A stretch of DNA of 64,000 nucleotides from Fonticula alba ATCC 38817 (lineage: Eukaryota; Protista; Nucleariida), in the NCBI GenBank assembly GCA_000388065.2, contig KB932205.1. The stretch is one strand, 5' to 3'. Below are positions 48,601-61,605 of the stretch, piece by piece (the stretch's first letter is position 1; the number at the start of each line of letters is the position of its first letter). The notes under the pieces are model-generated. The model did not search any database and had not been told where the DNA came from. It saw nothing but the letters and a program-made list of their open reading frames with translations. Made by a program: the position numbers and the translations under genes.

Positions 48601-51600
48601 CCAGCATCAGGACCAGCTGCCGGAAGGCCTCGGCGTCCAGCGACGTGGGATCGCCCTCGGACAGATGAAGCAGGTCCAGCGAGGCGGCCAGTTCCTGCAG
48701 CGATCCGTGGCGGAAGAGCGGCGGGTGCAGAAGCAGCGGCACCAGCGGCACCAGTGGCAGGCTGCTGCCCAGCTCGATCGCGCATCGACACAGCCGGTCA
48801 ATGACCCCACGCTGAAGCGGGAAGTTATTGTGGAAGGGGCTCTGCCAGTGCTGGAAGGCCAGCATGTCGGCGAGGGGGCCTGGCCCGTCCGCCGCCACGG
48901 CCGAGGGGTAGGGATCGCCGGCCAGCGGGGGGACGAGGGCCCCGGGCAGCGGGGTCGCAAGCCGCATGGCCGCCTCCAGGCAGTGGCCCACCTGGCCGCG
49001 CACCACCCCGGGGCTTCCGCGCACCAGGTCCGCCACGCTGGCGAAGAGCGAGCCCAAGGCAAAGCGGGCCACCTGTGCAAGGACCGGCAGCCAGTGCTCC
49101 GGCCGGGGGAATTCCACCCCCGGGGGGGCCGCCCGGCCGGCCGGCGCCTCCTCCGACAGGCGAAGGAAAAGCGGCAGAATGTCCAAGACTACAGTGGCCA
49201 CACGCGGCCGGGTATGGTTAGTCGGGGCTTTGCTCGGGGCCGGGCCACAGGGCGCGGCGGCCCGCGCAGCGAGGGCGAAGGCCAAGGCCAGGAGGGGAGG
49301 GAGGGGGGGGGGGCGCACGCTCAAGCAGATCCGACGGCGACACCGCGGCCGGGGGAGCGGCGAATCCCAGCCCGGGAAGTGTCCCACCAGGCGCATAGGA
49401 CGCCGGATTCACCGCCAGCAGCAGCAAGCCACGGTACATGTCCACCGACAGGGCCACCCAGCATTGGCAGAGGCCTGCCTGGCACCCGGGCAGGCCGGGG
49501 CACTCGCACGGCCGGAAAGCCGTCGGAGCCGAGTCCCACGCCCCGACGCTGGCTTCCGAGCCACACAGAAGACCACGCGTCCAGGGGGCATCGGCACCGG
49601 CATCTGCGCCGGCAAGTGCCTGGCCGTCCCGAAGGAGCGACACTTGCCGCAAGAGGCGGACTCGGTCGGCCAGGCTGGCACCGATGGGCGCAAGGCTGCT
49701 GACGAGCCCGGCAAACCGCAGGCGATTCAGCGCCAGAAGCAGCCGGCCTCTGCGAGGGGGAGGGGTCAGCGATTGGGGGGGGGGNNNNNNNNNNNNNNNN
49801 NNNNNNNNNNNNNNNNNNNNNNNNNNNNNNNNNNNNNNNNNNNNNNNNNNNNNNNNNNNNNNNNNNNNNNNNNNNNNNNNNNNNNNNNNNNNNNNNNNNN
49901 NNNNNNNNNNNNNNNNNNNNNNNNNNNNNNNNNNNNNNNNNNNNNNNNNGCCGGGGTGGAGGGCGCACGCGGCGGGGCTGGCCGGCTGACCGATCGATCG
50001 CTCGACCAGCAGGCGGGCCACATGCAGGAGGCGCTGCCGGCCGACATCGACCGGGGGGGCCGGGTCGCCGAGGCTCTCGAGGGACCCCGGCAGGGAGAGG
50101 CCAGCGCTCCAGGGCCCCGAGGCGCTGCCCAGCCCGGGGGGAAGCCCACAAATGGGAGCCGCGGCCCCGAGCGACGCGCCCGCAAGCAGGTCCAACAGGA
50201 GATCCGGCATCAGGGCAAAGCAATTGGCCAGGGTGTCCGGATCAAGGGCCACGTCGGCTCGGACACGGTCAGCGGGCACGCGGCGAGCTCGCACGTTGGG
50301 CAGGTCGCACTGGCGAGTCTCGCCAGCGGGCCGGTGGAGGCCCAGCTCCCCGGCCCCGAGCGACCCGGGGTCGGCCCAATTGGCGCCCAAGGCCCCCGCC
50401 TCGCGGGCCGTGGCCAGGTGCACCGATTGATAGAGATCGCCCAGGAGCAGGGGGTCCGCCGGCAGGCCGGCCCTCGAGCCCATGCCGGCCGGGCTCCCGT
50501 CGAGGGCCGCCCCGAAGACCGCCTGGCAGAGGTCATCCGCCGCGGCGGCCGACAGCCGGCAGCATGCAAACAGCAGCCCCGGCACATTGGCCCGGGGAAC
50601 GTCCGCCGGCAGGGTGGACAGCAGGAACCGGGCCACATGCCGGGCCAGGAAGTCCACCTGCCTGGCGGTGGGCGAAGCCAGCAGGTACCCCAGCGGCCGC
50701 CCAGGGAGCCGCGTCAGCGCCGACAGGCCCAGCAAGACAAGCCCTTGGCGAGGCAGCAGGCCCCGGCCCGGGGTCGGATGGGCCCCCTCGGCCAGGCTGA
50801 CAAAAGTGGCGAAGGCCTGTTGCACACCGTGGCGCCAGGGCCCAGAGCCGGCGCGGCATGACTGAACCAGTGCCACCAACACCGGTGGGAGGGGGGGACT
50901 TTCCGACGCCCCAGGCCCCGGGCCCCGGTCGCATTGAGCACAAGACCGCAAGCGGCCGAGGGCCGGCAGCCGCCCGGCGGCGGTGCACCAATGCTCCAGC
51001 GGGTCGTTTGCCTCGCCGGCCGAGCCGGCACTCGGCCCGAGCTCGAGCCACAGGTGCCCGAGGAGGTGCCCCGTCAGGAAGAAGGCAACCCGGGCCAGGG
51101 GCGATGTGTCGATGTCCTGGATGTGTGGGGGAAGGTCGGGGGCGAGTGGGGTGGCGGTCGGGGCAGGAGGTGAGGCGGGCGGCGGAGGGAAAAGTGGCGA
51201 ACCGGCTGGCAACAGCACCCCGGGGGCGGGGAGAGAAAGAGGGCGACAGGGCGGGCGGGCGGGCAAGCGAGGAAGCAGGCAGACGCATGACGAACCGGAG
51301 ATCCTGCCACCTGGCTCGGGTCGCGGGGCGGACAGGCGGCCTGCGCATGGATGAAGCCCAGAAGCTCCACCATCAAAGCGACCTGATCAAAGCCACAGAG
51401 GGGGAGAGAGAGAGAGAGAGAAAAGGAGGGGCAGGGCGAGAGGGAGGTGAGAACACAGCGAATGGCCAGCGGAGGAAGGCCTCGCCCGGTAGCAGGGGCT
51501 CGAGGGACTGGCCGGGGGCCGGGCGCACCGCCGGTGCCGGGAGCCTGAGAGCACGGTGGAAGTCCACCAATGCAGGCCCAGAGGGCTGGTCGAAGTCCGG

Positions 51601-54110
51601 CAGGGCCTCAGACAGCAGGCGATCCAGGGCCAGCGGGGCTTGGTGGGGGTGGTCGAAGTCCAGCAGGGCGGGCAGGCGCGCCGGCCAGGGCACCCCCGGC
51701 GTGCAGGGGGCCGTGGTCAGCAGCAATCCCGACTCGCCTGCCAAAGGGCCACAAGTGCCGAGGACACATCCTGGTGCGGGGAACTCCAGCAGCCCGACCG
51801 ACAGGCACCAGGCCAGGGAATCCTGTCCCGCGCAGGCCCGGGCCCAGGGGGAGCAGGAGAGCAGCGAGAAAGGGGCAGGCGGTGGGGAATGGGTCAGTTT
51901 CGTGGGCCAGATCCCGGCAGGAGTGCCAGCAGCCGGCCCGGGAGGAGGAAAGCAGCGTACGGAGTACTCGGCAAAGGGCCGGCCCCCGACCAGGGCCGAG
52001 AGGTCATGCGTCAGAATGGCCCCCAGAGGCTCGGCCACCGGGGAGCCCGGACCGCCAGCCCCGAGAACCGCGAGGACAGCCCGCGCCAGGCCGCGGGGAG
52101 CGGCCAGCGGATCGGCATCCTGGGCGCCGGGGCCCTGGGCCGTCCGCGTTGGCAGGGGCCCCGACCCGACGGCCAGCGCGCCCAGCAGGCGGATCAGATC
52201 CCCGGGGCAGGTGGACCGGGCCAGGAGCAAGCCGACCGTGTGCTGATTGAGTGGCCCGGGCGCCGCATCAGGGAGCAGGGAGTCCCGGCGCAAGTCGGCT
52301 GCCGGATCGTCGCCGGCCAGCACCCCGAGATGGAGGAGCGCGCACAGCGCACCAGCCAGCTGACGGGCCGGGTCGTGGAGAAGCTCGGCCGAAGAATCTG
52401 GCCGGATGGTGTGCGTGTGTGTGTGTGTGTGGGAGGGAGGGGCGAAGGGGGGAGGGGGGAGAGAGGGGGGGTCAGGGCCCGAGAGGCGAGCTCGCGAGAT
52501 TGGCGGGCCTCCCGGCAGGCGACCGGTGCCCATGCTGAGAGGCAAGAGTGGAGAGGAGGAGCAACGCCAAGAAGAGCACGCACCTGGGCTGCCGGCTTCC
52601 GAGCCGTCACCGACGGCAAGACCGAAGCTCAGAGCCAGCACCTGGCGCAGAGCCAGGGTCAGGAGAACCAGCCACTGAACACGCTGGGGCTGGACAAAGC
52701 GCCGGAAGGCCGTCTCGGCCGAGCCGTCGGCCGCCGGGAGGACATCCCGCGCCGCATCCCCATACAAGGCCTCCAGGGCCCGAAGCAGGTCCGCCAGCCA
52801 GACGGCCGCCGGCAGGTGGGCCGACTGCTCGGCCACGGGGGGCGCCTCGTCGAGCACCATGCTCTCGAAGAGCGAGGCCCGGGAAGTGCCGGAGGTCCTC
52901 GGGACCATGCCGCAGGGCGCCTTCGAGGCCAGGGCCTCCAGTTGGACCCCCGGGCCCCATGGGAGGAAGGCCGCCTCCACCACACCGGCCAGGTGCGAGA
53001 GGGCCGACAGGGCGGCATTCTTCGTGGAGGGGAAGCCCGCCCGACGAGCCGACCAGCGAGGCGCGCAAGCGTGCTGTAAAGTGAGAAAGGCGTGTGGCAA
53101 AAAAAAAGGCAAGAAGACAAAGCAGCAACACCCCCGGCTGCATTGGGCGGCAGCTGGCCAAGAGAGAAGCAGAAAGAGAGAGAAAGCGCGCGCGCGCGCG
53201 CGCGCGCGCGTGCGTGGCAGAAGGCCAAACGGAAGGGGCGACAAAGGTCGAGGGCGTACTCGGCGAGCCGGGGCCGGGTGCGCGCTGTGATTGAGCAGCT
53301 GGAAGACAAACTCCACAGTGCGCCCGGAGAGATCGAAGTCGGGGGCCCCATCGCCGGACGAGAGCATCACCTGCGGCGGGCAGAAGGTCAGGCAGGCAGG
53401 CAGGCAGGCAGGGCGAGAAGGAGGCAGGCCACAAACACCCATGTCCCGAGCAGGGGGCCAGCACGCACCCGAACAAAGGCACCGGCATCGGAGCTGGCCA
53501 CCGACCGGGCGAACACGGTTCCCAGTGCCCGGCAGGCCAGCTGCTGGACCTGGGCCAGGCGATCGCCCAGCCGGAAGTCCCCCTCGGCCAGCATGCCATC
53601 GGCAGGCTCCTGGTCGGTGTCGTCGGCCGCGCGGCCCAAATACCGCGCCGGCGCGCGGGCCAATGACAGCAGGCACGACCGGACAAGCTGCGCACCATCG
53701 ACCCGCGAGGGGACCCGGCCGTCGGGGGCATTGACCAAGCGCGCGCCGGGTGCCGAGGGGACGCCGGCCAGGAGGGCCGCCCACTCGCCGGGTGGCTGGG
53801 GCCGCTGCAGGTGGTCCGCCCCCTGGTCGAAGGCCTCGGCCGCCGATAGGCCCAGCAAGTCCGGCAGGGCCCGATCCCAGGCATGGGAGCAGTCGGCCGC
53901 CGGCTGGCCAATCAACAGGCCGCCCGCAGCCGGGCCCGCGTCCGTGTGGGGCTCGGCCCCGGTGTCGGCCTCGGCGTGCAGGCGCTTCCGGTGGCCGGGT
54001 GCCATGCCGGCCGCGAGGGACACCCTCCCGGCCAGGCGCCGGTCCCCCAGCTGGGGATCCAGCTGGCAGAGGGGGCCGCTCTCGCGGTCGGCCAAGGGAC
54101 CAGCATCTGC

Positions 54111-54141
<31 letters not shown>

Positions 54142-57100
54142 GGGCCGGACTCCGTCGCCGGCGAGGCCAGCAAGGCCAGCACCTCCAGGAAGAGGGCCCG
54201 GTCGTCGGCCTGGTGGGGCGAGTGAGCGGCCAGGTAGGCCAGCGCCGGGAGAAGCCGCGCCCAAAGGCCCGCATGCCATGTTGGCCGGCCGGCAAAGCCG
54301 GCCACCTGGCGCCGGGCCGCATCCAAGCTGGCATCGGCATCGGCCTCGGCCTCGGGCAGGTCCGGCGAGGCGGTCTCGCCGGTGCGGCGCCGCTTGGCCC
54401 GCGGGGCCGCGGCGCCCGTGGCACTGCCGAGCAGCTCCATCGTCAGGACCCGGTCAGCGGCCAGAGTCAAGCGCGTCAGGCCCAGGACCAGGCGCCGGCG
54501 CAGGGCGAACGTGCGAGCTCCCGGCCCGCCGGTGCCCTCATCCGGGTCGAAGTGGCAAATGGACGCCAGCACCCTCGGCCGCGAAAGGTCCACCCGTAGA
54601 GGGAGCATGCCGGCGGTCTCGGCCACGGGCAGCACCAGCAGCATCCGGCCGCCGGCCGCATGCCAGTCCTCGAGAGGCCGGTCGCGCAGGGCCCCGGCCA
54701 CCTCGGCCCCGGCCGGCAGGACAGGCCCCGGCAGGTGCTCGGCCCCGGGCCCGGCATCGGCCAAGTGGTCCCCCCCGGACACCAGGGACAAGGCCAGCCG
54801 TGAAAGGGGGTGGCCGGTCATGGCCGGCCCCAGGCCGGCCGGGCCACCGGCCGGCGGGCCATTTGCCCGGCTCCGGCCCCCGGGCCAAAGGCGCTCCGAG
54901 AGCAAGTGCCCGACATTCAATGCCGCCGATGACAGGGAGGAAGTCGGCCCGGCGGCCGCCGCGGCCGGTCCAATGGACGCGAAGGAGCTGAAGGAGGAAA
55001 GGTCCCCCACCCCGGCGAGCGTATCCCCGGCGGAGCGCTGGCGGGCCAGGGAAACACCGCGCCCAGGGCCCCCGGCGGCGTGGGTGCCGAAGGGCAGCGA
55101 GGCCAGGCTCCCGACAGTGGCCCCATGCGGGCCACCGGGCCACTGTGCCGGGGCCCCCAGGCCGGACGTGGCCCCGAGCCCGGCGTCGGCCGCCCGGAAG
55201 AAGCCCCAAGTGGCCGCCCCGCCAAGGCGCCCGATCAGGCGAACAATTCGCCGGACAAGAGCCTCCAGGGACCCGGTCCCGACACCAGGCCGGGTGCGGA
55301 AGTGCTCGGCCGACAGGGTCAAGAAGTCGCGCAAGTGCGGCAGCGCAGCGGCCAGCTTGCGCTGCGGGACTGCCGCATCGGAGCCCGGCTGCCCCGCCCC
55401 GGTTGCCTGATCAACCCATGCCTCGAGGGCTGCGCGTCACTCGCGTGTGTGCGTGCGTGCGTGCGTGCGTGTGTGTGAGAGAGAGAGAGGAAGAAAGGGT
55501 CCGTCGCATGGTGACCCCGGGGGCAGTGTCGAGGGGCGAGGGGAGGGAGGCAAGGGCGCCGGCGAGAGGCCGGGAGCAGCAGGCCGGAGGCATCATGCCA
55601 CGCACCGTCGAGCGCGCGCGAGGCCAGGACCGCGCCGTCGGCCGACAGCTGGGTCAGAATGGCCACATCGAGGGCCACACACACGGCGTCCACCATGGCC
55701 GCCTCCAGGCGGTCGGCCAGCTGCTGCGGGGAGTCCCGGTGGCCATCGCCCGGCTCCCCGACAAGGTGACCCGGATGGCCCGGCCCGGGCCCCGGGGCAA
55801 GCAGCGCACTTGCGCAGGGGATGGCCAGCACCAGCTCGACGCACGCGCGTGCCGACTGCAGCCGAAGCTGCAAGGGGCTTGGCCGAGAGCCGGCCTCCGG
55901 GGCCTGGGCCGCGTGCTGCTGGCGCGGCCCGCCAGCGTCCGGCGCGCCCGCCCGGGCATCCGACAATGGCGGCCCCTCGGCCGAGGCGGACAATGCCTGG
56001 AGCATGCGCCGCTGCGCGGAGAAGACCGCAAAGCGCAGCAGCCAGAGCGTGGCCGCGCGGTCGGCCAAGCAGGACCCACTCGGGCATGGCCCCCCGGCCG
56101 ATGGCCGCGAGGCCGAGCAGCTGGCCAGCACATGGCTCCGAGTCGGCGAGGACACCGAACAGGCGCAGCCCAAGCAGACCGAGCCACCGGCGCCCTCGGC
56201 CTCGGAGCGGCTCGCCGGGAAGTAGCCGGTCAGGGACCCGGCGCGCAGGACCAGCGCCGCCAATACGCGCCCCGTTTCCGGGAGCAGGTCTCCCAGCGCA
56301 TCGGCCGCCGAGGCGTGCGGCACACGCAACACGGCAGGGCCGCCCACTTGCGGCAGGAACTTGCCTTGCGGAAGGTCGTCACCAGACGGCCCCGCGGACA
56401 GGGGGTCCAGCGGCCGGGGAGGCGGATCGCACCCAGCCGCCTGGTCGTCCAGGAGGGCCAAATGGTCGGGCAAAAGGCCGAGCGGCAGCAGCGTGCGCAC
56501 GAGCCGCGGCAGGTGGGCATTCAGCGGCGCTTCCAGGCGCAGAGTCGCCTCGCCCGGGGGGAAAATCTCTTGGCACAGGCCCGCCGGCAGGGAGACCATC
56601 TGCACCGTGTCCCACCCGGCACCCGAAAGAGCCAGCTGGGGGGCCACCAGCCGGGCGTGCGCCGACAGGGCACGCAGCTCGCGCTGGTGGGCCGAGCCCT
56701 GGCGCCGGGGACGGTGGCGCACACACCCCGGTGAGGGGGGGGGGGGGCGGGGGGAAGCAAGGCAGGGAGTTAGCGGCATTCTGGGACAGGTATAGGAAGA
56801 GAGAGGGGCGGGGGGAGGGGGAGACCCCGGGGGCGAAGGGGGGCGAGGGGCAGGTGCGGGAGTACCGGAGTCGAAGCCGCATCGCCGGGGCCCCCACGCA
56901 GGAGACCCTCGAAGGCATCGGCCAGCGACCGGCAATACCGGTCGAAGAGGCACCGCGCGGTGACATCCCACAGCAGGTCCACCACGCTGGCCGGAGCCAG
57001 GGAGCCAAATCGCAAGCGGGGCGGCCCGGCAAAGAGCAGCCCCCAGAAGGGGGCGTAGTGGCGCTCGGCCGAGGCATCGCGCATCGCACCATCGATGTGC

Positions 57101-58900
57101 CCATCGGTGGCCGCGCCCGGGGCCCCTTCTGTCAGGAGAGCCGGAGGTGCAGGGGACATCGGTCAGCAAGAGGCCCCGGCAGGGTGGCCAGAAAGGGGCG
57201 GGAGGTCCGCAGGAATGGGGGGGGGGGGGAGGGAGGGGGGGCATACCGTCGGATGAGGCCCCGAGCCGAGCGGCCGACAAGTGCGCCGCCGGCCCAAGCC
57301 GCCGGGCCAGGATGGCCAGCGGAGCGCGCGTGCAGCTCAGGGAGTCCTCGCACACACGTCGGCTGAAGGAGGCAAATTCCTCCACACGCGTGCCGACAAG
57401 CCGCGAGGCGGCCCCCGCATCCGGGCACTCCGGGGCGGCCGGCGCCCCGGCTGCCACATCGGCCCCGGGGACCGGCGGCACCAGGTCCCCCGGCAGAGAC
57501 CCATGCAGCAAGTGGTGCAGGAATTCCGCCAGACTCAGGGCCGAGGCGATGCGCCCGGCCCGGGCCAGGGACAATTGGTGCGTCACCACCACCAGGGCCA
57601 GCTTGGCCGAGGCAGACAGCAGGCGCCCCGCAAGCAGAGCGTCCTCGCCAGGCCCGGCACCAGGCCCGCCGGGGGCCGTCGGCGCCGGCTCGAAGCGCAG
57701 CGGCCGCTGCAGGCGACCAAGGGCCGCCAGACACTCCCCGGCGAAGGGGGCCAAATCCCCGGAGTACCGGTCCCGGGAATTGAGCCACCCACTGAGGGCC
57801 GACGTGGCGCCAGATCCTGGGCCAGGGCCGTGCGGCTGGCCGGCCGGGTCGTCCTCCGGCCCGGTGGCCAACTGGCCGCCGCTGGGTTTTTGGCGTCGGC
57901 CAGAGGGGAGGCGGGGGGGGGGGGCATTCAGCGGTGAGTCACATCGGGGACGGAGGCCGGCGGGGACATGGCCCCTGGGTGAGCCCCTTCCCGGCGCACC
58001 TGAAGAATATTTGCTCCACCTTGCTGAGACTGGCTCGTACGATGGCACGCAAGTCGCCACGGTGAGGAAGCAGCCGGACCGACGCCTCGGCCAGGTAGCC
58101 AAAGCCGCTGAGGGCCACGCAAATGAGCCGCACGGAGGAGGCCTGGTTTTCCAGGAGCTCCGAGAACCCGGTGATCAGAACCTTCCATGGAACCGGCGAA
58201 AAGTGGCCCAGATCGCCGGCCGTTAGCATGGCGGAAAGGGAGGGAGATGCGGGGCCAAAAGAAAATGCGCGCGCCGAGCCGAAGCGACACCAAGAAAGCC
58301 CGAATGGCGAGGCAGACCCCCCCCCCTCCCCCGCGCCCCCGCCCGCTGCGCACCCGGTACACCGCGATGTCCGAGGCGAAGGTGCCGGCCGAGCGCCCAA
58401 GCCGACACCCGGCCTCGGCCAGGCAGGAGGCCAGGGCCGCCGAGGCCAACTGGCGGACACGCGCATTCGGATGCCGAACCACAAAGTGCTCCAGCAGCAG
58501 CCGGTGCAGGTGGACAATGCGCCCGGTGCCGGCGGCATCCGGCGCCGCCTGGGGCTCATCCTTCACCGCGGCATGGGTCCTGGGGCTTTCCGCCCGCAGG
58601 AGCAGATCCCCAAAGAGGGCATGGCTGTGGCGGGCCAGGATGCCAAGCGCGGCACACAGGAGATCCAGGCGCAGGGCGCTGCCGCCGGCGGCCCGGCCGA
58701 CGCGGGACCGGCCCGGGGCCCCTGGCTCCGTGGTCAGAGTCACATAGTGCACAAGGATGCGGACCACCACCTCGAAGAGCTCCTCCACGCAGTGCACCAT
58801 GGCCGGGCCGGCCGGGCTGTCGCCGGCCCACGCCCGTGCATCGGCCAAGTCCAGCGCTGCCTCCAGGCTGTGCAAGTCGTCCGGAGAGCCGGCCGCAGAA

Positions 58901-58938
<38 letters not shown>

Positions 58939-60562
58939 TGATGGATTCCGCCGCGACCGCATGAAGGGCGCCAGCTCGCGCACCAGGTCCGAATGCACAC
59001 ACAGAATGTGATCCAAACAACACAGCGAGGCCACGATGATGGCATGTAGAGGCGTGCGCTTGGAGATTTCCTGTGCGCGGGCGCACCAGCGCCCGGAGGG
59101 CAGAGCCAGCAGACGGAGGCAGCATCAGCACATCGCACCCCGGTCGGGAGCCAGGAAGCCAGGGCGGCAATTGACCATGCCCCCCGAGCGACGCACCTCA
59201 TCAATGGCGTTGATGGCTCGTCGGACCAGGGCCTCGATGCCGGGCGTCGGGAAGCCGAGCGCATACCCCGGCACCGGGGGCCCCGAGCTCTCGGACAGGG
59301 GCGCACGACAGAGCACCGGATCCGAGTGATAGCGCACCAGCAGGCCCAGCAATCGCAGTAAATTGGCCAGCGGCCCGGCGGCCAGCGAGGCGGCCGCCTG
59401 GAAAAGATGCGCGCGAAGCCTGTGCACCACAGGCGAGGGAGCATGTGGGAGAGGGAGGGACCCGGGCGGGCAGACGATCCGTGTGAGGGGGCTAAGCGGG
59501 GAGAAGGGGGCGGGGGGAGGGGGTGGGGGGAGGGGGAGGAGGGAGGGGGCCGAGCCCGACACGAGAGGCTGCCATGCCCGGGTACGCACTCTTCAAAGAG
59601 CACCGGCGCGTTGAGGGCCAGCGAGAGGCTGGCATCGCGTTCATCCATGGGCAGCACACCCAGAGCATCATCCTGGTCGAAGTCCATGACATTGTGCAGG
59701 GTGGGGAAATCCCCCAGGTGCCGGGCACCGGCCGGCCGACGGCCCGGGCTGACCGCCGGTCCGGCCGAGAAAAAGGCACTTGCACGCACCAGGGCGGCCA
59801 GGGGCTCCAGGGCGGCGGCCTGTGCCCGAGAGGACGCCTTGTGCCGGAGGAAGGCACGCTTGCAAACGGACTACCATGGAGGCAGCCGAGGGACCGGGGA
59901 GGAGGGGGGGGGGGAGAGGCGCAAACGCAGGGGTTACATTGGGAAGCCAAGCAGAAGAGAGAGAGAGAGAGAAAGAAAGAAAGAGAAAGGGGGGGCGGGG
60001 GAGGAGGAGGACACATGGTGGGTGCACGGACAACAATGTGCCCGGCGAAGGGCCGGATCCGGGCCGGGTGGGCCAGGACACAGTGCGACACGATCTGGAA
60101 GAGGGTCGGGAAGTGGCTGTCCAGGGGGGACATGTAGCGGGCGGAGGACATGCCGCCCGTGCCTCCGGGGGCCGGGGCCACCCCCACGCCCGGCACGATC
60201 GGCGGCAGGAGCAGGCTGAAGAGAGATACCCGGCGAGCAGGGGTGGTCGCACAGTGGCCCGCACGTGCCGGGGGCCCGGACAAGCCGGCCTCCCCTCGGG
60301 CAGCGCTGGACAGGGGCGCCCCAGTCAGGGCCGAGAGCGGGGCCAGATCTGTCAGGTTGGTCGAATCCGCAAGGGGACCCTGCTCGGGCGAGCTGTCCAC
60401 CCAGGGCCCTCGGTCCACGGAGTCCGGCTCCAGGGCAAAGAGCACCGAAAAAAGGTGGGCTATGTTTTGCGTGCCGGGGACGGAGGCAAAGAACCCGGGG
60501 GTGAGAGGCGAGCATGGATTGCCCTCGGGGGGGGGGAGGAAAAAAACGGGCGGAGGGGCCTG

Positions 60563-60600
<38 letters not shown>

Positions 60601-60921
60601 GACATCGTGGGGAGGATCGCGGCGGCGACACGCACAGATGGACTGCTCGTCGGAGGTCGACACGGCCAGCTGGAGCAGCTCCTGGGCCAGGAGCCCGCGA
60701 TCGGTCGAGGAGAGGGTCGACAGAGGCTGCACCGCCAGGTGGAGCTCCTGCAGCAGGCGGCCGGCCTGCACGGCCACCGGCGAGTCGGCCAAAGATCCCA
60801 ACCCGGCAGCGGCGGTGGCGGTCACCGCCGCCGGCTCAGGCGCATCAAGTAGCATGGGCTCATCCCGCTGCGGAGGATGATCAGCACCCCACCGCGGAGG
60901 GGGGGCCTCGGGCTCGGCCAT
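34806..60921 (-). CDS. PRKDC: DNA-dependent protein kinase catalytic subunit (PIKK family), multi-exon, about 26 kb gene
   Basis: Kinase motifs typical of DNA-PKcs: LSSLRKPKRITL...FLVKGGEDLRLDARVQQVF, TYAVVPLTLQLGLIQWL, GYLMGIGDRHSDNLLV...[33 protein letters not shown], and FATC QVACLVEQATDPAIVGRCW. N-terminal HEAT-like exons resemble DNA-PKcs (ALGILARHSHALFGDLL...HPNARVRQLASAALAS; VALSGFGYLA). Same-strand, splice-compatible long exons run from ATG 60921 to TAA 34806. The full exon chain was not traced, and three N-gaps upstream of the kinase region plus one within it interrupt introns. Confidence 0.9.
36660..36992. repeat. Artefactual 157-bp direct duplication (36660-36816 = 36836-36992) separated by adapter
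   Basis: Both copies read AGGGACTTGAGAGTG...CAGTCGACGGGTG and appear identical by eye. The spacer is exactly the 19-nt adapter. Confidence 0.93.
36817..36835 (+). other. Illumina TruSeq adapter remnant (P5/read-1 primer 3' end) - assembly artefact
   Basis: CACGACGCTCTTCCGATCT is identical to the last 19 nt of ACACTCTTTCCCTACACGACGCTCTTCCGATCT. On - it translates as DRKSVV. Confidence 0.97.
37194..37618. repeat. Artefactual 203-bp direct duplication (37194-37396 = 37416-37618) separated by adapter
   Basis: Both copies read GGGTGATGCGCTTCGG...GGGGGAAAGGGGGG and appear identical by eye. The spacer is exactly the 19-nt adapter. Confidence 0.93.
37397..37415 (+). other. Illumina TruSeq indexed-adapter remnant - assembly artefact
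   Basis: AGATCGGAAGAGCACACGT is identical to the start of AGATCGGAAGAGCACACGTCTGAACTCCAGTCAC. On - it translates as (H)VCSSDL. Confidence 0.97.
45576..45672. repeat. (GTGC)n tetranucleotide microsatellite in a DNA-PKcs intron
   Basis: About 24 near-perfect units, preceded by several GTGTGCA units. Confidence 0.95.
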
Positions 60922-61605
60922 TGTCAAGGGCAGGCGCGATCTATGCGGAGCAGACTCCCCCACAAGCGGGCCTGGGGCTCACCGATGTCGCGAGGCGTCC
61001 GACAAGAGGCCGAGCCGGCAGCAGCCCCAGGCGGGCAAAAGGCGAGGGAGGGCGAAAAAAAGACCCGGAGGCAGGGCGTGCCGGGGGCGTTTCGAGAGAA
61101 AGAGGGGCGCGGGTCTGGAGCGGGGGGGGGGGGGGGGAGGATACCTGCCGACCGGGCGGCCCCCGCCGGCCTCCCTTCGGGGACCCTGTTGAAGGCCCCT
61201 TCCGCCGGAGCACTCACACTGCCGCGGGCCCCGCACGCTGGCGGCATTAGTTCCTAGCCTTCAGCCGGCCCCCGGCCCCCGGTCGCCGATCGCGAAGCGA
61301 GATTTCACACACCGGCACAATGCCCGGTACGGTGGGAGCTCCGGCAGCGCCACCGCGCTAGCTCGCGCCCGTGATCATGATTTTGCACACCTCTCGGGCC
61401 GTATTTCGGCCGGGTGCGTGCGGTCCCCCCCGGCCCGCAGAGGGTGCCGTCATGCCCCCCCCCCCCCCCCCNNNNNNNNNNNNNNNNNNNNNNNNNNNNN
61501 NNNNNNNNNNNNNNNNNNNNNNNNNNNNCCCCGCCTCTCTCTTCGCTCGCGCTTTCCCCCCTCTCTTTCCTTTTTCGGCCCCTCCCCCCACACTCCATCT
61601 CGAGC

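Noticed and set aside
34806-60921. DNA-PKcs pseudogene suggested by frame changes between long ORFs
   Set aside because: The frame changes I checked coincide with GT-AG introns of compatible phase (e.g. 60635/60462, 45338/45241) or with the adapter artefact, and the catalytic residues are intact.
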